64,000 nt of DNA from Syntrophales bacterium (GTDB taxonomy: Bacteria > Desulfobacterota > Syntrophia > Syntrophales > UBA6807): NCBI GenBank assembly GCA_040767195.1, contig JAXGPA010000006.1, positions 75,084-139,083 on the forward strand, written 5' to 3'. Under the pieces are notes generated by a model. The model did not search any database, was not told where the DNA came from, and worked only from the letters and a program-made list of their open reading frames with translations. This document shows positions 21,181-30,356 of this stretch, one piece after another (position 1 is the first letter of the stretch; every line of letters begins with the position of its first letter). Position numbers and translations under genes: made by a program.

Positions 21181-21522
21181 GGAGATTCCTCTTGCGAACA
21201 TACGTTTCCCCGGGTACGGGAAACAGCCCCGAGGCCCGGCGCGTCTTTCATCCGCCGGAGTCTTTTTCATAGACAATACGCCAACGGCTTGTCAATTCTA
21301 AAACGGTGGGGCGGGACAGGAATGAATGGTCGTTCCCGGGAGAAGGCTGTTTCGGGAAAGGGGCTCCAGAAGAACCGGTGATGGGCTCTCCCGGGCCTGT
21401 TGACCGGAGCGTCGGCCTGTTGCCGGCGAGGGACACAGCTGCCGGCCGGACCGGGACGGGCCGCCGCCGGGGGCGCGCACCCGTCCCGGTTCACGCCGGG
21501 AAGCCAGATTTTCAGGCCTTGT

Positions 21523-21957
21523 CTATTCCGGTTTTTTGGGTTCTTTCGGGGGGCTCACGACGGCGATCCCGTCCATGACCATGGTGCCGTCCTGGTTTAA
21601 ACACGACGTTCTCAGCCGGAGACGGTTTTTTTTGTCGTCCTTCTCGATGATCTCCACCCGGGCGGTCAGGGTGTCCCCGATCTTCACGGGGGCGATGAAG
21701 TCCACCTCCTGCCTCAGGTAGATCGTTCCCGGGCCGGGCAGGCTCGTTCCCAGGATGGTGGAGAACATGCCCGCCGAAAGCATGCCGTGGCAGATCCTCG
21801 TTTTCACGAAGGTGGTCTTGGCGTAGGATTCGTTGATGTGGATGGGATTCATGTCCCCCGTGATTCCCGCGTAAAGATACACGTCCGACTCGGAAATGGT
21901 TTTACCGAACTCGGCGGTGTCGCCGATGTTCAACTGAGCTATTGTCTTGCCGATCAT
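21523..21957 (-). CDS. phaJ: MaoC-family (R)-specific enoyl-CoA hydratase (PhaJ-like)
   Basis: GDMNPIH...ICHGML hydratase-2 motif, LPGPGTIY; last gene of the pha operon. Confidence 0.8.
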   Translation of the reverse strand: MIGKTIAQLNIGDTAEFGKTISESDVYLYAGITGDMNPIHINESYAKTTFVKTRICHGMLSAGMFSTILGTSLPGPGTIYLRQEVDFIAPVKIGDTLTARVEIIEKDDKKNRLRLRTSCLNQDGTMVMDGIAVVSPPKEPKKPE

Positions 21958-21987
21958 TTCAGTCCCCCTCCTTTCGCTGGCCGTTTT

Positions 21988-23034
21988 TCAGAACCAGGTC
22001 TTGAAGATCCAGTAATTCTCCCGGAGATCCTGGATGTCGCTTTCCAGCCGGGAGTATAGCTTCACGTTCCGTATGGCGATCCCGCCGAAAAGGGCCAGGG
22101 CGCAGGCGAACTGGACTTCCTCCTCGGTGAACTCGCGGGGTACGGCACTGTAAAGGCGGAGGACGCCGATCACCTCTTCCTTCGACATGATGGGAACGGA
22201 GAGGATGGAGGCGATCCCTTCCCGGGTCTTTTCCTGCCGGTACTGGACGCCGGGATCCCGGGAGGCGTCCCGGACTGTGACGGGCCGGCCCTTGAGCGCC
22301 TCGGCGATGCTTTTTTCCGCCGACACGGGCCCTTTCTTGAGATATTCATCGGAGAGGCCGTGGCTCGCGGCCAGGCGCAGCGTCGTCCTGTCCTCGTCGA
22401 GGAGGCGGATGGAGGCGGCCTTGACGTCGAGGGCCCGGGACACGTCCTGCGTCAGGGTTTCCAGGATTTTTTCGAGATCCAGGCTCGACGCCATCCCGGC
22501 GGCGAGATCGTAGAAGAGTCTCGTCCTCTCCCGGATGTCGTCGACGAGACGGATGTTTTCGATGGCCATGCCCCCCTGCTCCGCCAGGATCGAGAGAAAA
22601 TCGATCTCGCCTCTCGTGAAATCCCTCGGTTCCGCGGTGTATAGGGAAAGAACGCCGATCGCGTTTCCGCCCACCATGACGGGCACCACGAGAATGGTGG
22701 CGATACCCTCGGCCCGCTTGGCTTCCCGGTTCTCGAGCCGGGGATCGGAGAGGGCGTCCCGGAAGTGGAGATACCCCTTTTCCAGCAACGAGGCGTTGAT
22801 CTCCCGGGCCTTTTGCGTGCTCGTGTGCATGTAGTCCGGGGACAGGCCCGTCTGGGCCCTGGCCACGTAGGTGTCCTTCTCCTCGTCGTACAGGAAAAGG
22901 CAGGCCGCCTTCGCCTCCATGGTTTCCACGGCGCTTTGCGTGATGACTTCAAGGAGGCGATCCTTGCCGCCCGTCAATGCGAAGGCCCGGCTGATCCGTC
23001 CGATCGCCTGAATCTTGTTCATTTTCTTTGCCAT
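21988..23034 (-). CDS. Tandem GAF-GAF protein with no output domain
   Basis: Two internal repeats EGIA.IL.VP....IGVL.LY...PR.FT..E; ends in a short coiled coil. Confidence 0.85.
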   Translation of the reverse strand: MAKKMNKIQAIGRISRAFALTGGKDRLLEVITQSAVETMEAKAACLFLYDEEKDTYVARAQTGLSPDYMHTSTQKAREINASLLEKGYLHFRDALSDPRLENREAKRAEGIATILVVPVMVGGNAIGVLSLYTAEPRDFTRGEIDFLSILAEQGGMAIENIRLVDDIRERTRLFYDLAAGMASSLDLEKILETLTQDVSRALDVKAASIRLLDEDRTTLRLAASHGLSDEYLKKGPVSAEKSIAEALKGRPVTVRDASRDPGVQYRQEKTREGIASILSVPIMSKEEVIGVLRLYSAVPREFTEEEVQFACALALFGGIAIRNVKLYSRLESDIQDLRENYWIFKTWF

Positions 23035-23057
23035 TCTTCGGGGAAACCTCCTTTACA

Positions 23058-24515
23058 TCAGGGTTTCTTCGCTCTTTTCGCCGGGGTCTTCCCCCTGGCC
23101 CTCGCTTTCGCTTCCGGGGCCTTTGGCGGGGCCGGAATCGATTCGGCGGGCGGGACCGACTCAGAGGGCCTCACCGCAACGGCAACATCCTCCTCCTTCT
23201 TCCCGGCGTCTGCCGGCGATTCCTTTACGGGTTCCGGCTCGGGCGCCATCGGGGCGACACGTTTCGCCTTCCTCCCGGTCTTTGCCCCCGGCTCCTTTGC
23301 AGATGCCGGCTCCGGCGCCGCCGCGGCGGCGCTTTTCTTTCCGCTGCCTGTCCGGGCCCGAGGCTTTTTCGCGCGGGCCGGTTTCGGTGCCGGCTCCCCG
23401 GCCTTCTCCTCGCCATCCCGCTCCCTGAGCCACCGGATGATCTTGGGGCCGAATTCCTTCTGGGTCTTGGAGCTGACATAGATCCCGATGTGCCCCGTGT
23501 CGAGGCACAGGTCCTCCTTGTCGGTGCTCCCGACCATGGACGTCGTCTTGTCGCAGGCCTCCGGCGGGACCAGGTGGTCGTACCGGGCGTAGATGTTGAG
23601 GATCGGCATGGTGATGTTTTTGAGATCCACCTTTTTCCCGCCCAGGACATACTCGTTCTTGATGAGGAGGTTCTTGAGGTACATGGCGTCGATGAACTCC
23701 CGGAAGGTCTCCCCGGGAAGGTCGGGGCTGTCGAAGATCCATTTCTCCATGCGGAGGAAGTTCTCGACGAAATCCCGGTTGTTCACGTTCTCGACAAAAC
23801 CGACATACTTGTCGATGATGAGCCGGGCGGGGTTGAGGAGAAGAAAGCCCAGGTTCATGAAATCGCCCGGGACGTTTCCGTAGGCATCCACGAGCTCGTC
23901 GGGGCTGATGGACCGGGCCCACACGTTGAGGAGGCTCTGCTCGGTGTCGAAATTCACCGGGGTCACCGTGGTGACGAGGTTTTTCACTTTTTCCGGGTGC
24001 TGGGCCGTGTACATGACGCAGAAGGTCCCGCCCATGCAGATCCCCATGAGGTGGAGATGGGACACGCCGTGTTTTTTCAGGACGAAGTCGACCATGTCGT
24101 TCATGTAGCCGTTGATGTGGTCGTCCAGGGTCAGGTACCGGTCCTTCCGCGTGGCGTACCCCCAGTCGATCATGTATATTTCCAGGCCCGCCTGGAGAAA
24201 GGTCTCCACGACGCTCCGCCCCGGCTGGAGATCGAGCATGGTTTCCCGGTTCACCTGGGCATAGACGATGAAGAGGGGGAAATTGTAGCGCACTTCCTCC
24301 GGCCGGTAGTGCTTCAGCTGGACCCGGTCGTCCTCGTAGACGACCTCGTAGGGAGTCTTGGCGATGTCCGTCTTCAAGGGGCTGAGAAGGACTTCCCGGG
24401 CCTCCCTCATCCGCTCGGCCATCTTGATCGGTTCAACGGCCATCCTGGAAGCGAGAAGGTCCATGGTCATGCCCATCGGGCTGCTTTTGCGACCGGCCGT
24501 TTTATCGTTTTTCAT
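23058..24515 (-). CDS. phaC: Class III PHA synthase PhaC with Ala/Lys/Pro-rich C-terminal tail
   Basis: TP.EVVY, LDLQPGRS, IDWG, GICMGGT, YDHLVPP, TGHIGIYVS; adjacent to phaE. Confidence 0.92.
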   Translation of the reverse strand: MKNDKTAGRKSSPMGMTMDLLASRMAVEPIKMAERMREAREVLLSPLKTDIAKTPYEVVYEDDRVQLKHYRPEEVRYNFPLFIVYAQVNRETMLDLQPGRSVVETFLQAGLEIYMIDWGYATRKDRYLTLDDHINGYMNDMVDFVLKKHGVSHLHLMGICMGGTFCVMYTAQHPEKVKNLVTTVTPVNFDTEQSLLNVWARSISPDELVDAYGNVPGDFMNLGFLLLNPARLIIDKYVGFVENVNNRDFVENFLRMEKWIFDSPDLPGETFREFIDAMYLKNLLIKNEYVLGGKKVDLKNITMPILNIYARYDHLVPPEACDKTTSMVGSTDKEDLCLDTGHIGIYVSSKTQKEFGPKIIRWLRERDGEEKAGEPAPKPARAKKPRARTGSGKKSAAAAAPEPASAKEPGAKTGRKAKRVAPMAPEPEPVKESPADAGKKEEDVAVAVRPSESVPPAESIPAPPKAPEAKARARGKTPAKRAKKP

Positions 24516-25413
24516 GACCCCTTTCCCTCCTTTCGAGCGCTGTCAACCGCTTCTTGATCCTGTAGAGATCCTTGTACACCTCGTCCATTTCCCGGTTTGT
24601 CGGGATGGGAAGATCCTGGAGGAGGTCGATGAGAAACTGCTGCCGGACCTTCCGGTACTCGTAGAGGGCCTTCAGGGTCTCCCGGAGCGTGTCGATGTAA
24701 TCGGGCGACCGGAGCATGTCCAGGTATCTCTTTTCGAGTTTCCCGATCCAGGTCCGGTACCAGGCCCGGGGATCCTCGAGAATTTCCGCTTTCTTCCCCT
24801 CGCCGGAGAGCATTTCCTCCTCCATCATGAGGACCGACTCTTCGATGGGGGCATAGAAAAGGTGGGCGAAATCCATGAGCCGGCCCCGGAAGGCCTGGAA
24901 ACGGTCGACGGTCAGGTTGAGGCGCTCCTGGTAATAGCGCATCAGGCCGAGCTGGGGCAGGTTGAGGTATTTCCGCATTTCCTCCTCGTAGGAGCCGAAC
25001 CAGGCCCGGGATACCTTCCGGAAGAATTCAGAAATGTCCTCGAAGCTCTTTTTTCGCTCCTCCGACGCGGGCGGCGAAAAGGAGGCCAGCTGGTTCCACA
25101 GGGGTTCCATGATCTTCAGGGCCATTTCGGGAATAGCCCCCGACGGGGCGTCACCCGAACCCTGAAGGCTCCGGAAATAGGCCTGCCAGAACTGGTCGAA
25201 GGCCGCCCGGGGGTCTTCGCCGGCTCCCGGCTTCTTCCGGTCCGCCGTTCCCGCTTCACTGTCGGCCCCGGGAAAGCCCTGCCCCTCGGCGGCGGTCTTC
25301 ATGACCCCGAACCACAGGTTGGCCGTCGATTCCCAGAAGTCGAGAGAGGCCCTCGTCAAGGACTCCAGGGGTTCGTTTTCCCCGCGGCCTCGTTCACGAT
25401 CCTTTTCCGTCAT
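24502..25413 (-). CDS. phaE: PHA synthase subunit PhaE
   Basis: PQLGLMRYYQ, WY.TWI...E, LPIPTNREMDEVYKDLY. Confidence 0.85.
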   Translation of the reverse strand: MTEKDRERGRGENEPLESLTRASLDFWESTANLWFGVMKTAAEGQGFPGADSEAGTADRKKPGAGEDPRAAFDQFWQAYFRSLQGSGDAPSGAIPEMALKIMEPLWNQLASFSPPASEERKKSFEDISEFFRKVSRAWFGSYEEEMRKYLNLPQLGLMRYYQERLNLTVDRFQAFRGRLMDFAHLFYAPIEESVLMMEEEMLSGEGKKAEILEDPRAWYRTWIGKLEKRYLDMLRSPDYIDTLRETLKALYEYRKVRQQFLIDLLQDLPIPTNREMDEVYKDLYRIKKRLTALERRERGHEKR

Positions 25414-25946
25414 GATTTTTTCCCCCTTCCCTCTTTCTTTTTCGTTTCCCCGCTTTTTTCACGCCTGTCCCGCGAGGCGCTCTCGAAGGCGGCGACATAG
25501 GATTTCATCAGTTCCTGGAACTGTTCCGTCTGGCGCGTCATGAGATCCTGAACGCCCTGGACGACCTCGTCCCGGGAGGCGTTTTCCCACCCCGCTTCCC
25601 CGCGGAGGCGTCCGATGACCGCCTCCTGCTCCGCCACCTTTTCCTTCAGCCGCGCGCATTCCTCGGCGAGCTTCCGGTACTCCTCCCGGGGAACCATCCC
25701 CATGAGGTTCATGTATTCCTCGTAGGATTTCCGGAAATTCCGCAGGGCCTCTTCCCAGGCGTCACCGCCCCCTTCTTCCGGGGCCGGTTTCTCCTTGAGA
25801 CCGTAAATTCCGGCGAGAAGATTCCCGAACTCCTGGAAGCCCTGGAACCCCTGCTCAATCCACCGGTTGAAGTCTTCCACCCGCCGCTGTCCTTTCGCGG
25901 CGGACAGGAGGACATTCCCCCAGAACTCGAGAAACCTGCTGTCCAT
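25410..25946 (-). CDS. Hypothetical helical protein, PhaE/phasin-like
   Basis: GAGGTG RBS; MGMVPREEY followed by coiled coil; embedded in pha operon. Confidence 0.6.
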   Translation of the reverse strand: MDSRFLEFWGNVLLSAAKGQRRVEDFNRWIEQGFQGFQEFGNLLAGIYGLKEKPAPEEGGGDAWEEALRNFRKSYEEYMNLMGMVPREEYRKLAEECARLKEKVAEQEAVIGRLRGEAGWENASRDEVVQGVQDLMTRQTEQFQELMKSYVAAFESASRDRREKSGETKKKEGRGKKS

Positions 25947-25960
25947 GCCGGTCACCTCTT

Positions 25961-27565
25961 TCAAGCCGCTTTCCTCGGGGTTGGCCTGCCCTTCCCGGCC
26001 GGGCCCGCCGCCTCGAGATCGAGGTGGAACCGGACGGGACCCCGGTATCCTTCTTTCCCGAAAACGGTGTGAAGGGCGCATTCCGAGGTGGGATTGGACC
26101 AGGATGTGGCGATGGCGCCGTGCCCCCGCGGGAAAACGGTCACCTCGACGTCGATGTACTTCCGCGGCGCCAGGGCGGCCTCGGGGTTAACCAGGTCGTC
26201 CTTGGCGGCGTAACACAGGAGCCACGGGATGTTCCTCTCCGGGATTCCCTTGAAATTCAGCGTTTTTCCGAAAAGCTTGACCGGAAGCGTCCCGTCCGGG
26301 GTAACGGGAACCGTGTAGGAGTCGAAACTGAGCTGGGTGATGCCCCTGGGCAGGTCGTTCCTCTCGTACATGAGCCAGTGATTCAGGGCCGCGGCGGTTT
26401 TGCTGACCTTCACTTCGCTGTCGTCGGGCCGGTCGAACATCATGAGATCCCGGTAAAAGGTGTGAATGGGGGATTCCTTGTCCATGCTCTTCAGCTTGTA
26501 CACCCAGCTCATGACCTTGCCGTCCACGACCTCCCCGACGCCGGGGAGGGCCTTGAGGGCATACCCCAGGTCCCGGAAGCGCAGGGGAATGTGCTCGAGA
26601 TACTCGACCAGGGACTGGCTTTCCGTTCCGTCCATGGGGGCGACGCAGGTGACGAGGGCGTCCACGAGGCCGTCGAGCTCACCGGAAAGAATGTCCAGGA
26701 CGGCCATGAATCCGCCCTGGCAGAAACCGTTCAGGGTGACCGGCCGGCCGTGCCTTTTCATGACCGTTTCACAGAAAAGCCGGGTGTCCCGGGCGTCGTC
26801 TTCGCCTGTCATGACCGCGAGGGCGGGCGTCACAGCCACATCCTTCATGATCCGGATGTAGGTGGGAGTACCCTGGTTGGCGAAGGCATGGGTGTAGCTT
26901 TTCCCTTCCCCGGGCAGAAAAGCGAGGATGTTCGCCCCGAGCACGTACGGGGGGATGATAACCACGGGCTTGCCGTCTTCCCGTGACGTGACGGCGGGGT
27001 CCGTGGGAAACACCCGGTAGAGAATGAACCGGTCCGTTTCCGCCACCCGCTCGTAGCCGCCGTTTTCGAAATGAAACCCGAACTCGGAGGCGATGTTCCG
27101 GATCTCGCGGCTGTAATTGTACACCAGTTCCTCGAAGATCTTTGCCTTTCTTTCCGAGTAGGCCAGGATATCCGGGCCTTCCGTCCCGGTGCAGGTGTTA
27201 AGCAGCGCCGTGAAAGCTCTCGCCCATTCCCTGGCATGGTATTCGTTGACGGAACGGATGGTGCTTAAAAGCCCTGTTTTGGCGATCTGGAGGTTGAAAT
27301 AAAAAAGCTCAAGATAGTCACGGGCCGTGTCTTCCGGGGCATGATCGCCGATCTTGACCTTTTCCATGGCCTGAAAGGATTTCAGGGCCACCCAGAAAGG
27401 TTCCATGAAATCGAAGTAATACTGCCAGAGCCCGTTGATGCAGGTCTGAGATGCCTTGACCTGCTCGAATGCCGCAAGAACGGCCTTCCTGTTCAGGTCG
27501 GTCATCTTCTCCTGAAACCGGAGAACCTCTTCCGCCACTTCCATGGGAACCATGCCCCTTTCCAT
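25961..27565 (-). CDS. PhaC-related alpha/beta hydrolase with Cys nucleophile
   Basis: PVVIIPPYV, NGFCQGG, APMD, KDDLV, RGHGAI. Confidence 0.72.
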   Translation of the reverse strand: MERGMVPMEVAEEVLRFQEKMTDLNRKAVLAAFEQVKASQTCINGLWQYYFDFMEPFWVALKSFQAMEKVKIGDHAPEDTARDYLELFYFNLQIAKTGLLSTIRSVNEYHAREWARAFTALLNTCTGTEGPDILAYSERKAKIFEELVYNYSREIRNIASEFGFHFENGGYERVAETDRFILYRVFPTDPAVTSREDGKPVVIIPPYVLGANILAFLPGEGKSYTHAFANQGTPTYIRIMKDVAVTPALAVMTGEDDARDTRLFCETVMKRHGRPVTLNGFCQGGFMAVLDILSGELDGLVDALVTCVAPMDGTESQSLVEYLEHIPLRFRDLGYALKALPGVGEVVDGKVMSWVYKLKSMDKESPIHTFYRDLMMFDRPDDSEVKVSKTAAALNHWLMYERNDLPRGITQLSFDSYTVPVTPDGTLPVKLFGKTLNFKGIPERNIPWLLCYAAKDDLVNPEAALAPRKYIDVEVTVFPRGHGAIATSWSNPTSECALHTVFGKEGYRGPVRFHLDLEAAGPAGKGRPTPRKAA

Positions 27566-27580
27566 ACGCCTTCCCTCTTC

Positions 27581-27844
27581 TTATCCTTCCTTGGGAAAGA
27601 AGGTCTCGACGCGCTTGAAGTTCTCATCCACCGTCTTCTTGAAGGCATCGAAGCCGGTCCGGTAGAGCTTCGACCACTCGGTGATGGCCTTTCTTCTCTC
27701 CGCGTCCCTGCCCGTCGCCTGGGTCAGGTACATGTCAATGACTTTCTCCATCTGCTCCTGGATCATGGTCATGGTGGAAAAAGCGCTGTCAAAAGTCGCC
27801 TTGTTCATGTCGATCATCTGTTTGAGGGTTTTTCTCGAATCCAT
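27581..27844 (-). CDS. Phasin-like small helical protein
   Basis: Paralog of the next ORF (KQ..D....F...F..M..Q.Q..K..D); AGGAG RBS; pha context. Confidence 0.7.
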   Translation of the reverse strand: MDSRKTLKQMIDMNKATFDSAFSTMTMIQEQMEKVIDMYLTQATGRDAERRKAITEWSKLYRTGFDAFKKTVDENFKRVETFFPKEG

Positions 27845-27877
27845 TGTCGGTCTCCTTTCCTGAAACCTTTTCCTTTT

Positions 27878-28153
27878 CTACTTTTTTTCCTTTTCTTCCG
27901 TGGCGAAGTACCGGTCCAGCCGGGCGAAACTCTCGTCAACGGTCTTCTTGAAATCCTGGCTGCCCTTCTTGTAGGCGTTTACCCAGTCCCGGACCGCCTT
28001 TTTCCCTTCCTCGGGAAATCCCGCGGCCTGGTCGAGGTACATGTCCATCATCCTCTGGGACTGCTCCTGAAGCATGGACAGGCCCTTGAACGAGTTCTCG
28101 AAGGTCGACCGGTAAAAATCCAACGTCTGCTTGGCCATTTTCTTGGGATCCAT
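27878..28153 (-). CDS. Phasin-like small helical protein
   Basis: GGAGGTGA RBS before MDPKK; tandem paralog; divergent from phaR. Confidence 0.7.
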   Translation of the reverse strand: MDPKKMAKQTLDFYRSTFENSFKGLSMLQEQSQRMMDMYLDQAAGFPEEGKKAVRDWVNAYKKGSQDFKKTVDESFARLDRYFATEEKEKK

Positions 28154-28228
28154 GTGAATCACCTCCATTTATTTTGTAAATCTGAACCTGAATATAAACC
28201 CCGTTTTGACCCTTGTCAAGATATTTTT

Positions 28229-28358
28229 TTTGCATTGCAACATTTTTTCTCCCGAGTCGCCGTGATTAAAATAAAATGAGTTATTAAAAGAAATTATTGT
28301 TGCAATATTTTTTCAAATTGGTTACAAGTTTCAGAATTGATATTGCAATGAAGCAATA
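28229..28358. promoter_or_regulatory. Putative PhaR operators in phasin/phaR divergent region
   Basis: TGCATTGCAACA (28231), TGTTGCAATA (28298), TATTGCAATGAAGCAATA (28341) in an AT-rich spacer. Confidence 0.5.
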
Positions 28359-28423
28359 ATGAGCGGGCGGTGTTGCCCCGGCGGGCATCGAGCCCCTTCG
28401 CTTGAGAAATCGGGGAGCAAAGG

Positions 28424-28909
28424 ATGGAAGAGACCCTGACCATAAAGAAGTACAGCAACCGCCGTCTTTACGACACGGAGGAAAACAGCTACGTGACCCT
28501 GGCCCGGGTGGCGGAGAGGATAAAGGACGGTCGGCGCGTGGAAGTCGTCGACGCCCGGACGGGGGAGGACGTCACCGCCGGCACCCTGACCCAGATTCTC
28601 GTCGAAGAGGCGAGGAAAAACAACGTGCTCCTGCCCGTCCCCGTCCTTCACCTGTGCATCCAGTTCGGAGACACCGTGCTCCAGGAATTTTTCGGGAAGT
28701 ATCTTCAGCACGCCATTCGAGGCTATCTCGCCCACAAAGCCGCCGTGGACGAACAGTTCGGGCAGTGGCTCGAGTTCGGGAGCGAACTTGCCTCCCCGTC
28801 CGCGAAAACCGTCAACCCCCTGGAGGTTTACGCCCCCTTCCTGGATTTTCTGAAGGAAATGACATTTCCCGGGGCGGCCGATAAAAAGGAACAAAAAAAT
28901 AAAAAGTAA
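28424..28909 (+). CDS. phaR: PHA synthesis regulator PhaR
   Basis: IKKYSNRRLYDTE.NSYVTL, VVDARTGEDVT..TLTQI. Confidence 0.92.
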   Translation: MEETLTIKKYSNRRLYDTEENSYVTLARVAERIKDGRRVEVVDARTGEDVTAGTLTQILVEEARKNNVLLPVPVLHLCIQFGDTVLQEFFGKYLQHAIRGYLAHKAAVDEQFGQWLEFGSELASPSAKTVNPLEVYAPFLDFLKEMTFPGAADKKEQKNKK

Positions 28910-29046
28910 CACCACCGGGTCCTCCACGCGGGGTAGCGGGCGTGCCGATTCATTCGGGACAGGCCTTTTTTCACGGGGACGGGTTTTCTCCCTTGGCAAG
29001 TGGGAAAAAACCGATTCCGGGACAGGCCATAAGTTTTCCATGTCCC

Positions 29047-29075
29047 TTGACAGATGAAAGAATTCGTCGTATTTT
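29047..29075 (+). promoter_or_regulatory. Sigma70-like promoter, peptide unit 1
   Basis: TTGACA-N17-TATTTT. Confidence 0.6.
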
Positions 29076-29111
29076 TGAACGGATTCACAGGAAAACCGAA
29101 GGGGGGGAGCC

Positions 29112-29258
29112 ATGAAAAAAGATGAAAAGAAAGAAATGAAAAAGGCGACCTACGAGAAGCCCGTCCTGACAAAATTCAAGAAACTGACGGACGTGGTGGC
29201 AGGCGAATCGCCACAGACAGGGCCGATATAGCCGGGTCTGGGTTGCACAAGATTTTAG
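29112..29258 (+). pseudogene. A-type leader peptide A1 with in-frame TAG (truncated or read-through)
   Basis: MKKDEKKEMKKATYEKPVLTKFKKLTDVVAGESPQTGPI*PGLGCTRF*; TAG at 29229-29231. Confidence 0.7.
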
Positions 29259-29268
29259 AGAGGGGGCC

Positions 29269-29397
29269 ATGAAGGAACACCGAAAAGAGAAAAAAGAGGA
29301 AAAGAAGGTCTACGAAAAACCCGCGCTGATCCGGCACGGTAAGCTGGGCGATATGACGGGAGGCCCTGTATACAACGGGTTTGAGGAGCTGGAGTGA
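29269..29397 (+). CDS. B-type lasso-leader RiPP precursor-like peptide B1
   Basis: MKEHRKEKKEEKKVYEKPALIRHGKLGDMTGGPVYNGFEELE; G-rich RBS. Confidence 0.8.
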   Translation: MKEHRKEKKEEKKVYEKPALIRHGKLGDMTGGPVYNGFEELE

Positions 29398-29468
29398 ATT
29401 AAACGCGGCAACGGGTACTTCCTTTGTCTTGACAGGTTTCGGCCTTTCTTTTCGGCTTCAAGGGGTAA

Positions 29469-29538
29469 GGGGTCGGACCAAGATAACCTGTTCATATGTC
29501 AGGATATACCTCCCCAAAAAGGCTGTTTTCAGGCCTTA
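29469..29538 (+). repeat. Copy C of GGGGTCRGACCAAG-N49-GGCCTTA element
   Basis: GGGGTCGGACCAAGATAA...49 nt...GGCCTTAGAAG, colinear with the 5139 copy. Confidence 0.72.
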
Positions 29539-30356
29539 GAAGTGCCTTTTCATACCCGGAATCAAGCTTGTAAGACAAAAAGGGCTCCTGAACAGGCCTC
29601 TCCCTCCCCGCCAGGAACCGAATCACTCTCACGGTCCCTCGATGCCCAGGCGCTTCCTGACGTTTTCTCGAAATTCCGGGCTGTCTGCCGAGACGCTCTC
29701 CAGCGGGAAGCCCTGCCTCTCAAAGCCGCCCCCGGGCGATGGTTCGAGATCGCTGCAGGGTTGCCATCCATTTCCGCCAAATCCAATGTATCCCCTTCCC
29801 CGAATGACCGACGACTCCGGCACGGACCATGTTCAGGTCAACATAAAGAAGGAACGCAATGGACGTCTGTGAAAAAATGAGTGAGATCGCACTTTACGCT
29901 CTGTCGACATGACCCGGTCAAGGGTGTGGTTCCCGTTGAGGACGCCGCCATCCGCTCTCCGGGACATCCGGCCGAGGCCTGCAGCAGCCTGACACAAATT
30001 CGCTTGCCATATCGCCTCCTCTGTGACATAAAAAAGTTATCAGGCTCCTTTGTGCAAACGTGTTCGACTCTTGCCGGTTCACGCTCACAAGTTCAGACGT
30101 CCCGCTCCGCCACCCGGGCCTACGCATCGATACCCGTATCTCGAAGATCCTGGGTTGATCCGAACCTGATTCGCCCTTTCATTTTGATTTCAACCACCCG
30201 TTTCCGTCTCCCCTGGCAGACGAACTCATGGGACCACAGGATTCCGGCACCGTGTGTTCTTTCTCCCGAAAAGCCTGTCCGTGGCGGTTTTGTCGTGTAA
30301 CCTTCAACGGGCTGAAACCCTGAGCGTTTCATGCCGAATGTGAAAGGAGGACGTCC

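Noticed and set aside
21190..21520. yybP-ykoY riboswitch upstream of the P-type ATPase
   Set aside because: GC-rich and structured, but the conserved motif could not be matched; an Infernal search would be needed
29560..30300. Short ORFs upstream of acs
   Set aside because: Mutually overlapping with no recognisable family; treated as intergenic or decayed sequence
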